A stretch of DNA of 63,929 bases, counting the filler, from an uncultured Acidimicrobiia bacterium (GTDB lineage: Bacteria; Actinomycetota; Acidimicrobiia; Spongiisociales; JAOTWH01): the NCBI GenBank assembly GCA_964347285.1. It is 9 parts of 9 records of this genome, joined end to end, with 100 filler letters (N's around TTAATTAATTAA, not from the genome) between each part and the next. Parts side by side here need not be neighbours in the genome. Positions count along the whole stretch, not along the records: positions 8,036 to 15,961 come from CAYFYE010000105.1; positions 16,062 to 23,896 come from CAYFYE010000106.1; 7 more parts are not named here. One strand, 5' to 3'. Positions 9,551 to 18,397 of this stretch are shown here, piece by piece. The notes under the pieces are model-generated. The model did no database searches, was not told where the DNA came from, and worked only from the letters and a program-made list of their open reading frames with translations. The position numbers and the translations under genes were made by a program. Each line of letters begins with the position of its first letter. Within the stretch, counting starts at the first letter, position 1.

Positions 9551-9948
9551 CGTCCCGCGTCCACCTCGTAGCCGGAATCCTCCAGTGAGCCGCAGCCTGA
9601 CCAGCCCCAGACCAGGACCGCCTCCTCTTCGCCGGTGTTGTCGAAACCGTGCCAGCGACCCCGCGGGGTCCAAATGACGTCGCCCCGGCCGGCGGGCTCG
9701 GTGCCGTCGTCGGTGTAGATCCGGCCCGACCCCTGGAGCACGACGAAGAACTCATCGGCGTTGCGATGCAGATGCCGGTCGTGGCGGGCCCCGGGCGGGA
9801 GCACCGTCCAGCCCAGAAGGAAGTCTTTGGTTCCGGCCGAGGCCTTGTCGATCAGGAAGCGAACCTCCATGTCCACCCACCCCTCGTCGGGGCGGAGGCC
9901 TCCCACCGGAGCCACGCGGTCGAGGTTGGTGTGGTAGCGATCGGTCAT
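9547..9948 (-). CDS. Cupin domain protein
   Basis: HDRHLHRNADEFF...G and PRGRWHGFDN cupin metal motifs. Confidence 0.9.
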   Translation of the reverse strand: MTDRYHTNLDRVAPVGGLRPDEGWVDMEVRFLIDKASAGTKDFLLGWTVLPPGARHDRHLHRNADEFFVVLQGSGRIYTDDGTEPAGRGDVIWTPRGRWHGFDNTGEEEAVLVWGWSGCGSLEDSGYEVDAGR

Positions 9949-10820
9949 CGTCCACCCGAAAGCAGGTGGTATACATCGAACACGGTGACGAAGTCACGGT
10001 GATCGATGCCGAGACCCCGGCAGGCGTTGAGCAGCTCGTTGGCCACCGCGCCCAGGGGCGCCGGGGAGCCCTGGCGTCGGGCCACCTCGAGGGCCAGCAC
10101 CATGTCCTTCTGCTGCAAGGTGACGTCCGCCAGCGGTTTGTCCGGCATGTCGAGGATGAAGGGACCCCGATACGCCATCACCGGGGAGGCGACCACGCTC
10201 TTCAGCATCGCATCCACCGCCACCGCCCGGTCCACGCCGCCCCGCTCGGCGAGCGCCACCGATTCGCAGAACGCCACCATCTCCACGATCAGGGTCAAGT
10301 TGATTGCCACCTTCATCTGGACGGCGGTTCCCGACGGGCCGATGTGGCTGACCTTGGGTCCGATGTCGTGCAACACCGGCTCAACCCTTGCGAAGGCGGC
10401 CTCAGATCCTCCCACCATGATCGAGGCCGAGCCCTGGCGGACCGTCACCGGGCTTCCTGAGAGGGGGGCGTCGAGCATGGTGAGCCCTCGCCCGGCGAAG
10501 GACGAGGCGAGCTCACGACTCACGTCGGGATCGATTGTGCTCATGTCCAGATAGACGCCTTCCGCCGATAGGCCCTCGATGACGCCCTCGGCACCGCCGG
10601 CGATCGCGGCAACCGCATCGGCATCGGTGACCATGGAGAAGACGATCTCCGCCGCCGCGGCCACCTGGCGGGGCGAGTCGGCCCACCCCATCCCCGCCTC
10701 GATGAGGGGGTCGGCCTTGGAGGCGGTTCGGTTCCATCCGGTGACCTCGTGGCCCGCATCGAGCAGGCGGGGGACGATCACCTGCCCCATGTCCCCGAGC
10801 CCGATCCATCCCAGCTTCAT
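9945..10820 (-). CDS. NAD(P)-dependent oxidoreductase, 3-hydroxyisobutyrate/2-hydroxy-3-oxopropionate reductase family
   Basis: IGLGDMG, DMSTI, LDAPLSG, MKVAIN (catalytic K), KDM. Confidence 0.92.
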   Translation of the reverse strand: MKLGWIGLGDMGQVIVPRLLDAGHEVTGWNRTASKADPLIEAGMGWADSPRQVAAAAEIVFSMVTDADAVAAIAGGAEGVIEGLSAEGVYLDMSTIDPDVSRELASSFAGRGLTMLDAPLSGSPVTVRQGSASIMVGGSEAAFARVEPVLHDIGPKVSHIGPSGTAVQMKVAINLTLIVEMVAFCESVALAERGGVDRAVAVDAMLKSVVASPVMAYRGPFILDMPDKPLADVTLQQKDMVLALEVARRQGSPAPLGAVANELLNACRGLGIDHRDFVTVFDVYHLLSGGR

Positions 10821-10904
10821 GGTTGCTCCGATCTTCGACCAGCCGGCGGCCTGTGGCCGATCACAGTACAGCGGCCGACCTCGCCCGGCAGGCCCCGAGC
10901 TCCC

Positions 10905-11855
10905 TCATGGCATGGGGTGGTCGACGAAGAAGTCCCACTGCAGCGCCCCACCGTCGAAGTGCGCGAACTCCACGCAGATCCCCGCCGGTGCCGTCGGCAG
11001 GCATCGTCCCGGCCAGTGGTGCCCGAGGCCGTCGACGACGTACAGCTCCACGATGGCGTCGTCGGAGCAGCCGCCCCAGCGGGTGAGGATGACACCGGTA
11101 GCCACCTCTTCGGTGGTCGGCTCCGGATTGCAGCCGTTCCACTCCGCCCACTGCGCGTGGGCTGCCATGACCTCGTCGAGGCCGAAGTAGGGGTCGTAGG
11201 GACCGATGAAGGAGGTCACTGGCACCGGGCGGGCCGGCCGTTCGCAGGCGAGCGGACTGGGCAACCCGAAGCCGGCACCGGTCCCGACGGCGGCCACCCG
11301 GTCCGACAACTCACACCCGATGCGGGCCGCCAGCACCCCGCCGGCCGATGCCCCCTGGGCGTACACCCGGCCCTCGTCGATCGACAGCTCATCCCCGAGG
11401 TGGTCGAGAAGGGCAGAGATCACCGTGACGCTCGTCGATTCTGGAAGCACGATGATCGACCCCTGGTCGTCGGCGTAGGTGGCGAACTCGACCGACCGTG
11501 CCACCTGAAGCGCCGTCGTAGCCGCACCGTGCAGTACCAGTGTCACCGCTCGCGGTGCCTCACCGTCATAGTCGGCCGGCAGGATCAGGTAGTAGACCTC
11601 GTCGGCACCCTCGTGCTCGAAGCTGCGCTCCTCGAAACCGGGCGCAGCCGCTGCGGTCGAGGGGGTGGCGAGCGGCTCTGTGGCGGTGGGCACGGTCGTG
11701 GCCGCGGTGGTAATCGTCGGCTGGGTGGTGATGACCGTGATCGTGGTGACGACCGCCGCCGGCTCGTCACTCGCCTCCGGTGCCCCGGCGCCACATGCGG
11801 CCAGCCCCACCCCGAACGCACCGACGGCCATAAGGATCGAGACGCGAGCACTCAT
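10905..11855 (-). CDS. Lipoprotein alpha/beta-hydrolase (PHB depolymerase/LpqC-like esterase)
   Basis: Lipobox LAAC, Thr-rich stalk, VLHG, GASAG nucleophile elbow, GHHWPG. Confidence 0.8.
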   Translation of the reverse strand: MSARVSILMAVGAFGVGLAACGAGAPEASDEPAAVVTTITVITTQPTITTAATTVPTATEPLATPSTAAAAPGFEERSFEHEGADEVYYLILPADYDGEAPRAVTLVLHGAATTALQVARSVEFATYADDQGSIIVLPESTSVTVISALLDHLGDELSIDEGRVYAQGASAGGVLAARIGCELSDRVAAVGTGAGFGLPSPLACERPARPVPVTSFIGPYDPYFGLDEVMAAHAQWAEWNGCNPEPTTEEVATGVILTRWGGCSDDAIVELYVVDGLGHHWPGRCLPTAPAGICVEFAHFDGGALQWDFFVDHPMP

Positions 11856-11935
11856 CGTCGTCCTCACCCACCATCATCGCTCATTGCACCGAGGGTCGAC
11901 CAGAGGCCGAGGTCCCATCGTTGGCCACACCGCCG

Positions 11936-11987
11936 ATGCCGGTTCGTCGACATGAGCAGGCCCATGCCGGTTCGTCGACATGAGCAG
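11936..11987. repeat. Perfect 24-bp direct repeat x2 (ATGCCGGTTCGTCGACATGAGCAG), period 28
   Basis: Copies at 11936-11959 and 11964-11987. Confidence 0.9.
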
Positions 11988-12069
11988 AAGGTGGCGGTGG
12001 TGACGTCCGCCGCTCCGCAGCCGCCTCCGCAGCCAGCGATGAGTTGTCGTCGACGACGGCGTCGTGGGA

Positions 12070-12377
12070 TGTCAACGCCGGTCGAAAACTGCGCGGTTTT
12101 GGCCGGTTGAAAACTGCGCGGTCTATCGGGTCTCTTCGGCAGCCATCACCTCCTTCCCCTTGCCCCTGAGGCGGTAGCTCTCTCCCTTGAGGACGACTAC
12201 CTCGGCGTGGTGGACGAGGCGGTCGACCATGGCGGCCACCGCCACCGCGTCCCCGAAGATCTCGGCCCACGCGGAGAAGCTCTTGTTGGATGACACGATC
12301 AGGGAGCTGCGCTCGTAGCGGGACGAGACCAGGGAGAAGAAGAGCGAGGCGGCTTCTGGGTCGAAGGGGATGTATCC
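12070..12377 (-). mobile_element. istB: IS21-family remnant: terminal repeat region plus istB 3' fragment
   Basis: TG-starting end at 12070 with internal repeated GAAAACTGCGCGGT. Minus strand 12377-12123 reads GYIPFDPEAASLFFSLVSSRYERSSLIVSSNKSFSAW...MVDRLVHHAEVVVLKGESYRL. Confidence 0.9.
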
Positions 12378-12562
12378 TCCTGATAAGCCAAGGCGTTCAC
12401 CCGAAGGTCATCCAAGAACGCCTCGGCCATTCCTCGATCCGAGTGACTCTGGATACCTACGGTCACGTGTTCCCAGGGATCGGCGAGGCCGCCGCCGCAG
12501 CCGTGGACAACGCCTTCGCCGTGCCCCCATCGGACACTTATCGGACACCAGCCGCGGGATAG
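12374..12562 (+). pseudogene. Tyrosine recombinase/integrase C-terminal remnant
   Basis: LLISQGVHPKVIQERLGHSSIRVTLDTYGH (LGH and catalytic Tyr box); no N-terminus; next to tRNA 3' end. Confidence 0.88.
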
Positions 12563-12621
12563 ATGTCTGGACGAATCTCCCTGGAATGCCAGGGCCGTCT
12601 GTGACCTGCGGTTTCTGCCGG

Positions 12622-12696
12622 TGGGCGTTGCAGGACTCGAACCTGCGACCTCTTCCTTGTAAGGGAAGCGCTCTCGCCTGACTGAGCTAAACGCCC
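12622..12696 (-). tRNA. tRNA-Val(TAC)
   Basis: GGGCGTT acceptor stem, TAGCTCAG D-arm, CTTCC-CTTACAA-GGAAG anticodon arm, GGTTCGAGTCC T-arm; CCA not encoded. Confidence 0.95.
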
Positions 12697-12754
12697 TTCG
12701 TCGGGTCATGGTACCGACGGTGGGTAGGATCGCTATGCCGGTTAGGGAGCGGGA

Positions 12755-14068
12755 GTGGAAGTCGTCGAGCGCCTCGTCGAACTGCTGCTCATTCTGGCCG
12801 CCGCCAAAGTAGGCGCCGAAGTGACCGCCCGGCTCCGCCAGCCGGCGGTCATCGGCGAGCTGGTCATGGGCATGATCATCGGCGCCAGCGTCCTCGGCTG
12901 GATCAGCGTCGACGAGGGCGGGCTGATCGAGATCTTGGCCGAGATCGGCGTGATCCTGCTCCTCTTCGAGGTGGGCCTCGAGACCGATCTACGGGATTTC
13001 GTGCGCCTGGGCCGGACCGCCGGCGCCGTTGCGATCATCGGCGTGGTGACGCCCTTCTTCTTGGGCTATGGCGCCTCGCTTTTGCTCAATCTCGGCGACG
13101 GAAGCACCGAAGTGGCGTTCTTCATGGGGGCCGCCATGACCGCAACCAGCGTGGGAATCACCGCCCGCGTGTTCGCCGACATGCAACGGCTACAGACCGA
13201 CGAAGCCAAGACCATCGTCGGAGCGGCGGTGGTCGACGACGTGCTGGGCCTCATCATCCTCGCCGTCGTGGCGGGAACGCTGGGCGGGGACGGCGGCTTC
13301 ACATTCACCAGCCTTCTGTCGATCACCGGCAAGGCGGTTGCCTTCCTGGTCATCGTGGTGGTGATCGGCGGCCTCGTGGCCCCGTATTTCTTCCGGTTCC
13401 TCGAGAAGCTGCGGATCGAAGGCAGCTTCGTCGTCGGCTCGTTCGTCTTCGCCATCGCTATCGGCCTGGCCGCCGAAGAGTTCGCCGGCCTCGAGCCCAT
13501 CGTGGGAGCCTTCGCCGCCGGGCTGGTGGCCGGCGAGACCGCACATTCCGACCGCATCTATCGGGAACTGCGACCGATCGCCCACCTCTTCGTCCCGATC
13601 TTCTTCCTCGCTATCGGTGCTCAGGTCGACGTGGGTGTTCTGGGCGACCCCGAGGTGCTGCTGGCCGGAGGAGCAATCTCGGTACTAGCCGTTGCCGGGA
13701 AACTGGTCTCCGGCTTCGGGGCCATGGGAACCGACCTGGATCGCCGGGTGATTGGAGTGGGGATGATCCCCCGGGGCGAGGTGGGCCTGATCTTCGCCGC
13801 GCTCGGCGCCGATCAGCTCAGCGCTGTTGTGAGCAGCGAGGAGACGGCCATCGTCGTGCTGATGGTGGTCGTCACCACCCTGGCAGCTCCCGTCGTTCTG
13901 CACCGGATGCTGCACCGTGTCCCTGCTCCCACAGGGCGAGTGGAAGCTCCCGAAGAGGTACAGCGGGCGATCGATTCCCCCACGGTCGGCGGGCCGGAGA
14001 CCGACCCGGTCGCGGAGCCCGACGACCCCGAGAGCGGGGTAACACCTCGGCCGGACGCCGATGCGTAG
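12755..14068 (+). CDS. CPA2-family cation:proton antiporter
   Basis: QPAVIGEL, LLLFEVGLETD, ATSVGIT, AVVDDVLG, GMIPRGEVGL. Confidence 0.93.
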   Translation: MEVVERLVELLLILAAAKVGAEVTARLRQPAVIGELVMGMIIGASVLGWISVDEGGLIEILAEIGVILLLFEVGLETDLRDFVRLGRTAGAVAIIGVVTPFFLGYGASLLLNLGDGSTEVAFFMGAAMTATSVGITARVFADMQRLQTDEAKTIVGAAVVDDVLGLIILAVVAGTLGGDGGFTFTSLLSITGKAVAFLVIVVVIGGLVAPYFFRFLEKLRIEGSFVVGSFVFAIAIGLAAEEFAGLEPIVGAFAAGLVAGETAHSDRIYRELRPIAHLFVPIFFLAIGAQVDVGVLGDPEVLLAGGAISVLAVAGKLVSGFGAMGTDLDRRVIGVGMIPRGEVGLIFAALGADQLSAVVSSEETAIVVLMVVVTTLAAPVVLHRMLHRVPAPTGRVEAPEEVQRAIDSPTVGGPETDPVAEPDDPESGVTPRPDADA

Positions 14069-14080
14069 GATGGAAGCTGC

Positions 14081-14200
14081 ATGGTGGTTCTCGTCCTGGT
14101 GGTAGTTGCGCTGATCGTGCTGACCTGGATGTGGACTACGCGATCGAGACAGCGCCGCTCCTCGATGCGCCACCATCCCACCAACGGCGGCTACCGGTAG
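14081..14200 (+). CDS. Putative 39-aa single-TM small protein
   Basis: MVVLVLVVVALIVLTWMWTTRSRQRRSS...: hydrophobic helix followed by basic tail, 12 nt after the antiporter stop. Confidence 0.45.
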   Translation: MVVLVLVVVALIVLTWMWTTRSRQRRSSMRHHPTNGGYR

Positions 14201-14315
14201 GAACCGCCCGGCCACACGACGGGCTCCTGTTTCTTTGGAGGTGGTCCTTCCGGTATCCCATGTGCTCCGGACGCGTATCATTCCCGCCAGGAGTACAGAG
14301 AGCCGGGGAGGTGCC

Positions 14316-14489
14316 GTGCAGTTCAGGCAGGGTCAGAAGGTCGAAGAGATGACCAAGAAGGTCGGTCAGGTACCCCGGGCCGGCACCGTGGAAGCGGTCC
14401 ACGGCGAGTCGGTCGAGGTGCGCTGGGAAGACGGCCACGTCAGCATCGTCTCTCGCATCAGCCTGGTCCCCCTCAAGAAGGACAAGTAA
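14316..14489 (+). CDS. Small SH3-like protein (DUF1918-like)
   Basis: GGGGAGG RBS, GTG start; GQVPRAGTVEAV...EVRWEDGHVSIV. Confidence 0.6.
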   Translation: MQFRQGQKVEEMTKKVGQVPRAGTVEAVHGESVEVRWEDGHVSIVSRISLVPLKKDK

Positions 14490-14658
14490 GGCGCCGGCCA
14501 CGACCCCGCCGGTCCCCGCGTCGCGGCCGATACCCGCGCCCCAGCTGGGGAGCGACGCGCCCATTCAAACACTGTCCGACGGCTGACGTTCTCTCGTAGA
14601 CGAGCTCCGCTGCTCGGTTGTATCGCCCGTACGTGGAGGTCTATCGAGAGGAGTCACG

Positions 14659-15603
14659 ATGACTACTCGAATCGGAGTTCTCCAGCGACCGGCCGCCGGG
14701 GCGGACTACCGCTCGCCCTCGAAGTACCGCTCGCTGGGGGTCCTGCTGGCCTTCCTCGGGTTGATGCTTGCCGTGGTCACGCTGATCCTCAACATCGTGG
14801 CCGGCAACCTGTCGGACGAAGTCGACAAGGCGCGGACCCTTGCGGTTTCATTCGGCTTGACCACGTTCTCGTTCGCCACCATCAAGCTCGGCGTGGCGGT
14901 GGTCCTCATCGGGATCATCGTCCGGCTGTGGTTACGGGTGGATGCGGTCAAGGAGTCACTACCCGGGCTGAAGGCACCAAGTAACGTCGGCGCCGCTCCG
15001 TCGGGCGCCATCACCACCCCGTTCGGCGCCGCCCAAGCCGGGACCTCGACTCCCGCGTCGTTGCCCATCCATCGGATGGCCAAGACGATGTGGGCGCCGA
15101 TGCTGTCGATGGGCTACATGTCGGTGCTCATCGGCCTTGTGATGTCGTGGGTGTGGGCCGCCAACGCGGACATCCCGGTCGACGCCATCGCTCCGGCCGC
15201 CTGGACCCGAGGTCTACAGTTCTTCGGTGAAGGCCTGGTGCTGGCCGGTATCGCCTTCCTGCTGGGGTCGATCCTGGCGTCGCTGCGCGAAGGAGGCGGC
15301 GAGATCCAAGAGTCGCTGGGCGTCACGGTGAAGACGCTGAAGATGCCGGCTACTGCCAAGGCGTTCGTCGGCCTGATGATGCTCGGGCTCATGATCTCGA
15401 TCGTCCAGTTCTTCGTCTACATCGGGGTGGCGACGCTCGACGATCCGGTGGCCGCCCTCGGCTGGGAGGCGTGGGTCGGGCCGTTCCGTGAGCTCGGCCT
15501 CGGCCTGCTGCTGGCCGGGATCGTGCTGGCCCTGGTCTCCCTCGGCAACGTCCTCGGATTCCAGTTTCACCGGATCCGAGAGCTCATTACGGAGGGGAGG
15601 TAA
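14659..15603 (+). CDS. Hypothetical multi-pass membrane protein (about 6 TM)
   Basis: GAGGAG RBS; several hydrophobic helices; no family recognised. Confidence 0.85.
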   Translation: MTTRIGVLQRPAAGADYRSPSKYRSLGVLLAFLGLMLAVVTLILNIVAGNLSDEVDKARTLAVSFGLTTFSFATIKLGVAVVLIGIIVRLWLRVDAVKESLPGLKAPSNVGAAPSGAITTPFGAAQAGTSTPASLPIHRMAKTMWAPMLSMGYMSVLIGLVMSWVWAANADIPVDAIAPAAWTRGLQFFGEGLVLAGIAFLLGSILASLREGGGEIQESLGVTVKTLKMPATAKAFVGLMMLGLMISIVQFFVYIGVATLDDPVAALGWEAWVGPFRELGLGLLLAGIVLALVSLGNVLGFQFHRIRELITEGR

Positions 15604-15605
15604 CG

Positions 15606-15961
15606 ATGACCGTTCGTACCGACTTCGACGTCGAGGTCACCGAGCGCGGGCCCGGATACAACCCCCCGCAGAGGATGGCTCGCCGGCTGTGGGCGCCGAT
15701 GTTCGCGATGACGATCGCATTCTTCGCCGCCGGGTTCGTCCTGGCCATCGTGCGGTCCTCCGAGATCGGTACAAGAGATTTCCTCACCGACCCGGAGGCA
15801 GCCCACTCGGTGGTCCGGCTCCAGCACTTGGTGCCGGCGTTCATGTTCCTCGGGTTCATGGCCGTGTTCGCCGCCGTCTCCTTCGCCATCGCCCGGATTC
15901 TGGGTGCCTTCCGGAAGGGGGGCGGCGAGGTCCAGGAGGCGACCGGCTCCCGGGTGCAGAC
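15606..15961 (+). CDS. Hypothetical membrane protein, paralog of upstream gene; 3'-partial
   Basis: Shares RMAxxxWAPM and ILxxxRxGGGExQE motifs with 14659-15603; GGAGG RBS. Confidence 0.85.
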
Positions 15962-16061
15962 NNNNNNNNNNNNNNNNNNNNNNNNNNNNNNNNNNNNNNN
16001 NNNNNTTAATTAATTAANNNNNNNNNNNNNNNNNNNNNNNNNNNNNNNNNNNNNNNNNNNN

Positions 16062-16714
16062 TGTCCACTCGCACCGAGCCGCTCAACCTCAAGAAGTTCA
16101 TCGCCGCCTTCGATCTTCCGGTCATCGTCGGCGGCTGTGCTTCGTACGCCACCGCCCTGCATCTCATGCGTACCGGAGCGGTCGGAGTTCTGGTCGGCGT
16201 CGGGCCGGGGGCCGCCTGCACCACCCGCGGCGTGCTCGGTGTCGGCGTGCCTCAGGCCACTGCGATCGCCGATGCCGCCGGGGCCCGGATCCGCTACCTC
16301 GATGAGACCGGGCGTTACGTGCACGTGATCGCCGACGGTGGCATGCGTACCGGGGGAGACATCGCCAAGGCGATCGCGTGCGGTGCCGACGCAGTGATGC
16401 TGGGATCGCCCATCGCAGCGGCCGATGAGGCACCAGGAGGCGGCTACCACTGGGGCATGGCCACGTTCCACCCTTCGCTGCCGCGCGGAGCCCGGATCGA
16501 GGTCGGGCGCCTGGGGAGTCTCCGGGAGATCCTGCGGGGTCCGGCCCACGAGAACGACGGCCGGCGCAACCTGTTCGGGGCGCTGCGGGTGTCGATGGCG
16601 ACCACCGGCTACGCCGACGTCAAGGAGTTCCAGAAGGCCGAAGTGATGGTGGCACCGGCCATCAGGACCGAGGGAAAGGGCCTGCAGCGCAGTCAACGAA
16701 TCGGCATGGCCTGA
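16062..16714 (+). CDS. guaB3: GuaB3-family IMP dehydrogenase-related protein, 5'-partial
   Basis: [45 protein letters not shown]; overlaps guaA start. Confidence 0.9.
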
Positions 16715-18255
16715 TGGGAGACACCGATATCGACCGGGTGCTGGTGGTCGACTTCGGCGCCCAGTACGCACAGCTGATCGCCCGTCGGGTCCGCGAGGCC
16801 CATGTCTTTTCCGAGATCATCCCCCGCACGGTCACGGCCGCCGAAGTGAAGGAGCACCGGCCGGTCGGGGTGATCCTGTCCGGCGGCCCGGCGTCGGTGT
16901 ACGCCGAGGGCGCCTACGACCTCGATCCGGAGCTGCTTTCCCTCGGGATACCAGTGCTGGGCATCTGCTACGGCCATCAGCTCATGTCCTACATGCTGGG
17001 CGGCAAGGTGGATCGCACCGGTGCCGCCGAATACGGCAAGACGGCAATGGACGTGATCGGCTCTTCGCGCCTCTTCGCCGACCTCCCGGCTTCCCAGGAG
17101 GTATGGATGAGCCATCGCGACGCAGTGGTCGAGGCTCCACCTGGTTTCGAGGTCACCGCCGCGACAGCCGAATCGCCGGTGGCGGCGATGGAGGACCCGG
17201 TCCGCAGGATGTGCGGAGTCCAGTTCCACCCGGAGGTGGTCCACACCGCCCGGGGCCAGGAGATACTCAAGCACTTCCTCTACGACGTATGCGGGGCCCG
17301 TCCCACGTGGACCCGCACCTCGATCATCGAGCAAGAAGTGACCCGGGTGCGCCGCCAGGTGGGCGACGAGGCGGTCATCTGCGGCCTGTCCGGAGGCGTC
17401 GATTCGGCGGTAGCAGCTGCCGTGGTCCACAAGGCAGTCGGTGATCGCCTCACCTGCGTCTTCGTCGATCACGGTTTGCTTCGAGCCGGTGAAGCCGAGC
17501 AGGTTGAGGAAACGTTCCGGCGCAACTTCCACATGAATCTGATTCACGTCGAGGCCGAAGATCGCTTCTTGGGCCGACTGGCAGGAGTAACCGATCCCGA
17601 GGCAAAGCGAAAGATCGTCGGCGAGACCTTCATTCGCGTCTTCGAAGAAATCGCCGCCGACCTCGCCGATGTCCGGTTCCTGGTCCAGGGCACGCTCTAC
17701 CCCGACATCATCGAATCGGGCACGGTCGACGCCGCCCGCATCAAGAGCCACCACAATGTGGGCGGTCTCCCTGAGGAGATGCATTTCGAGCTGGTCGAGC
17801 CTTTGCGGGGCCTGTTCAAAGACGAGGTCCGGGCGGTGGGGGAAGAACTGGGATTGCCGGCGGAAATCGTGTGGCGCCAACCGTTCCCGGGCCCGGGACT
17901 GGCGGTGCGGATCGTCGGCGAGGTCACCAAAGAGAGGTGCGAGATCCTTCGGGCCGCCGACACGATCATCCTGGAAGAGATCGTGCGGGCCGGGCTCTAC
18001 GAGCGCCTGTGGCAGTCGTTCGGCGTGCTGCCCGCCATCCGGACCGTCGGCGTCCAAGGGGACGAGCGTTCTTATGCCTATCCCCTGATCGTGCGAGCGG
18101 TGACGAGCGAGGATGCCATGACCGCCGATTGGGCCCGGTTGCCCCACGACGTCCTGGAGCGCATCTCGTCCCGGGTGATCAACGAGATCCCCGGTATCAA
18201 TCGGGTGGCTTACGACGTCTCGTCGAAGCCGCCGGCCACGATCGAATGGGAGTGA
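16714..18255 (+). CDS. guaA: GMP synthase (glutamine-hydrolysing)
   Basis: [40 protein letters not shown]. Confidence 0.98.
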   Translation: MGDTDIDRVLVVDFGAQYAQLIARRVREAHVFSEIIPRTVTAAEVKEHRPVGVILSGGPASVYAEGAYDLDPELLSLGIPVLGICYGHQLMSYMLGGKVDRTGAAEYGKTAMDVIGSSRLFADLPASQEVWMSHRDAVVEAPPGFEVTAATAESPVAAMEDPVRRMCGVQFHPEVVHTARGQEILKHFLYDVCGARPTWTRTSIIEQEVTRVRRQVGDEAVICGLSGGVDSAVAAAVVHKAVGDRLTCVFVDHGLLRAGEAEQVEETFRRNFHMNLIHVEAEDRFLGRLAGVTDPEAKRKIVGETFIRVFEEIAADLADVRFLVQGTLYPDIIESGTVDAARIKSHHNVGGLPEEMHFELVEPLRGLFKDEVRAVGEELGLPAEIVWRQPFPGPGLAVRIVGEVTKERCEILRAADTIILEEIVRAGLYERLWQSFGVLPAIRTVGVQGDERSYAYPLIVRAVTSEDAMTADWARLPHDVLERISSRVINEIPGINRVAYDVSSKPPATIEWE

Positions 18256-18277
18256 CTAGGCCGTACTGCCTAGTCAC
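18252..18277 (+). terminator. Stem-loop at the guaA stop
   Basis: GTGACTAGGC-cgtact-GCCTAGTCAC, perfect 10-bp stem; no U-tract. Confidence 0.5.
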
Positions 18278-18397
18278 CGGAGCCCGCCCCCGAAACCGGC
18301 CCATTCTTGCTCCGTTGCGGGCCCTCGGTGCGTCGTAACTCCTCAAGGGGCCTCCCTACCCGGACGATAAATCCCTGAGTAGTTACCCAACGACGAG

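Noticed and set aside
11936..12122. CRISPR array
   Set aside because: Only two-copy repeats with 4-9 nt gaps and no cas genes; the second set is an IS21 end.
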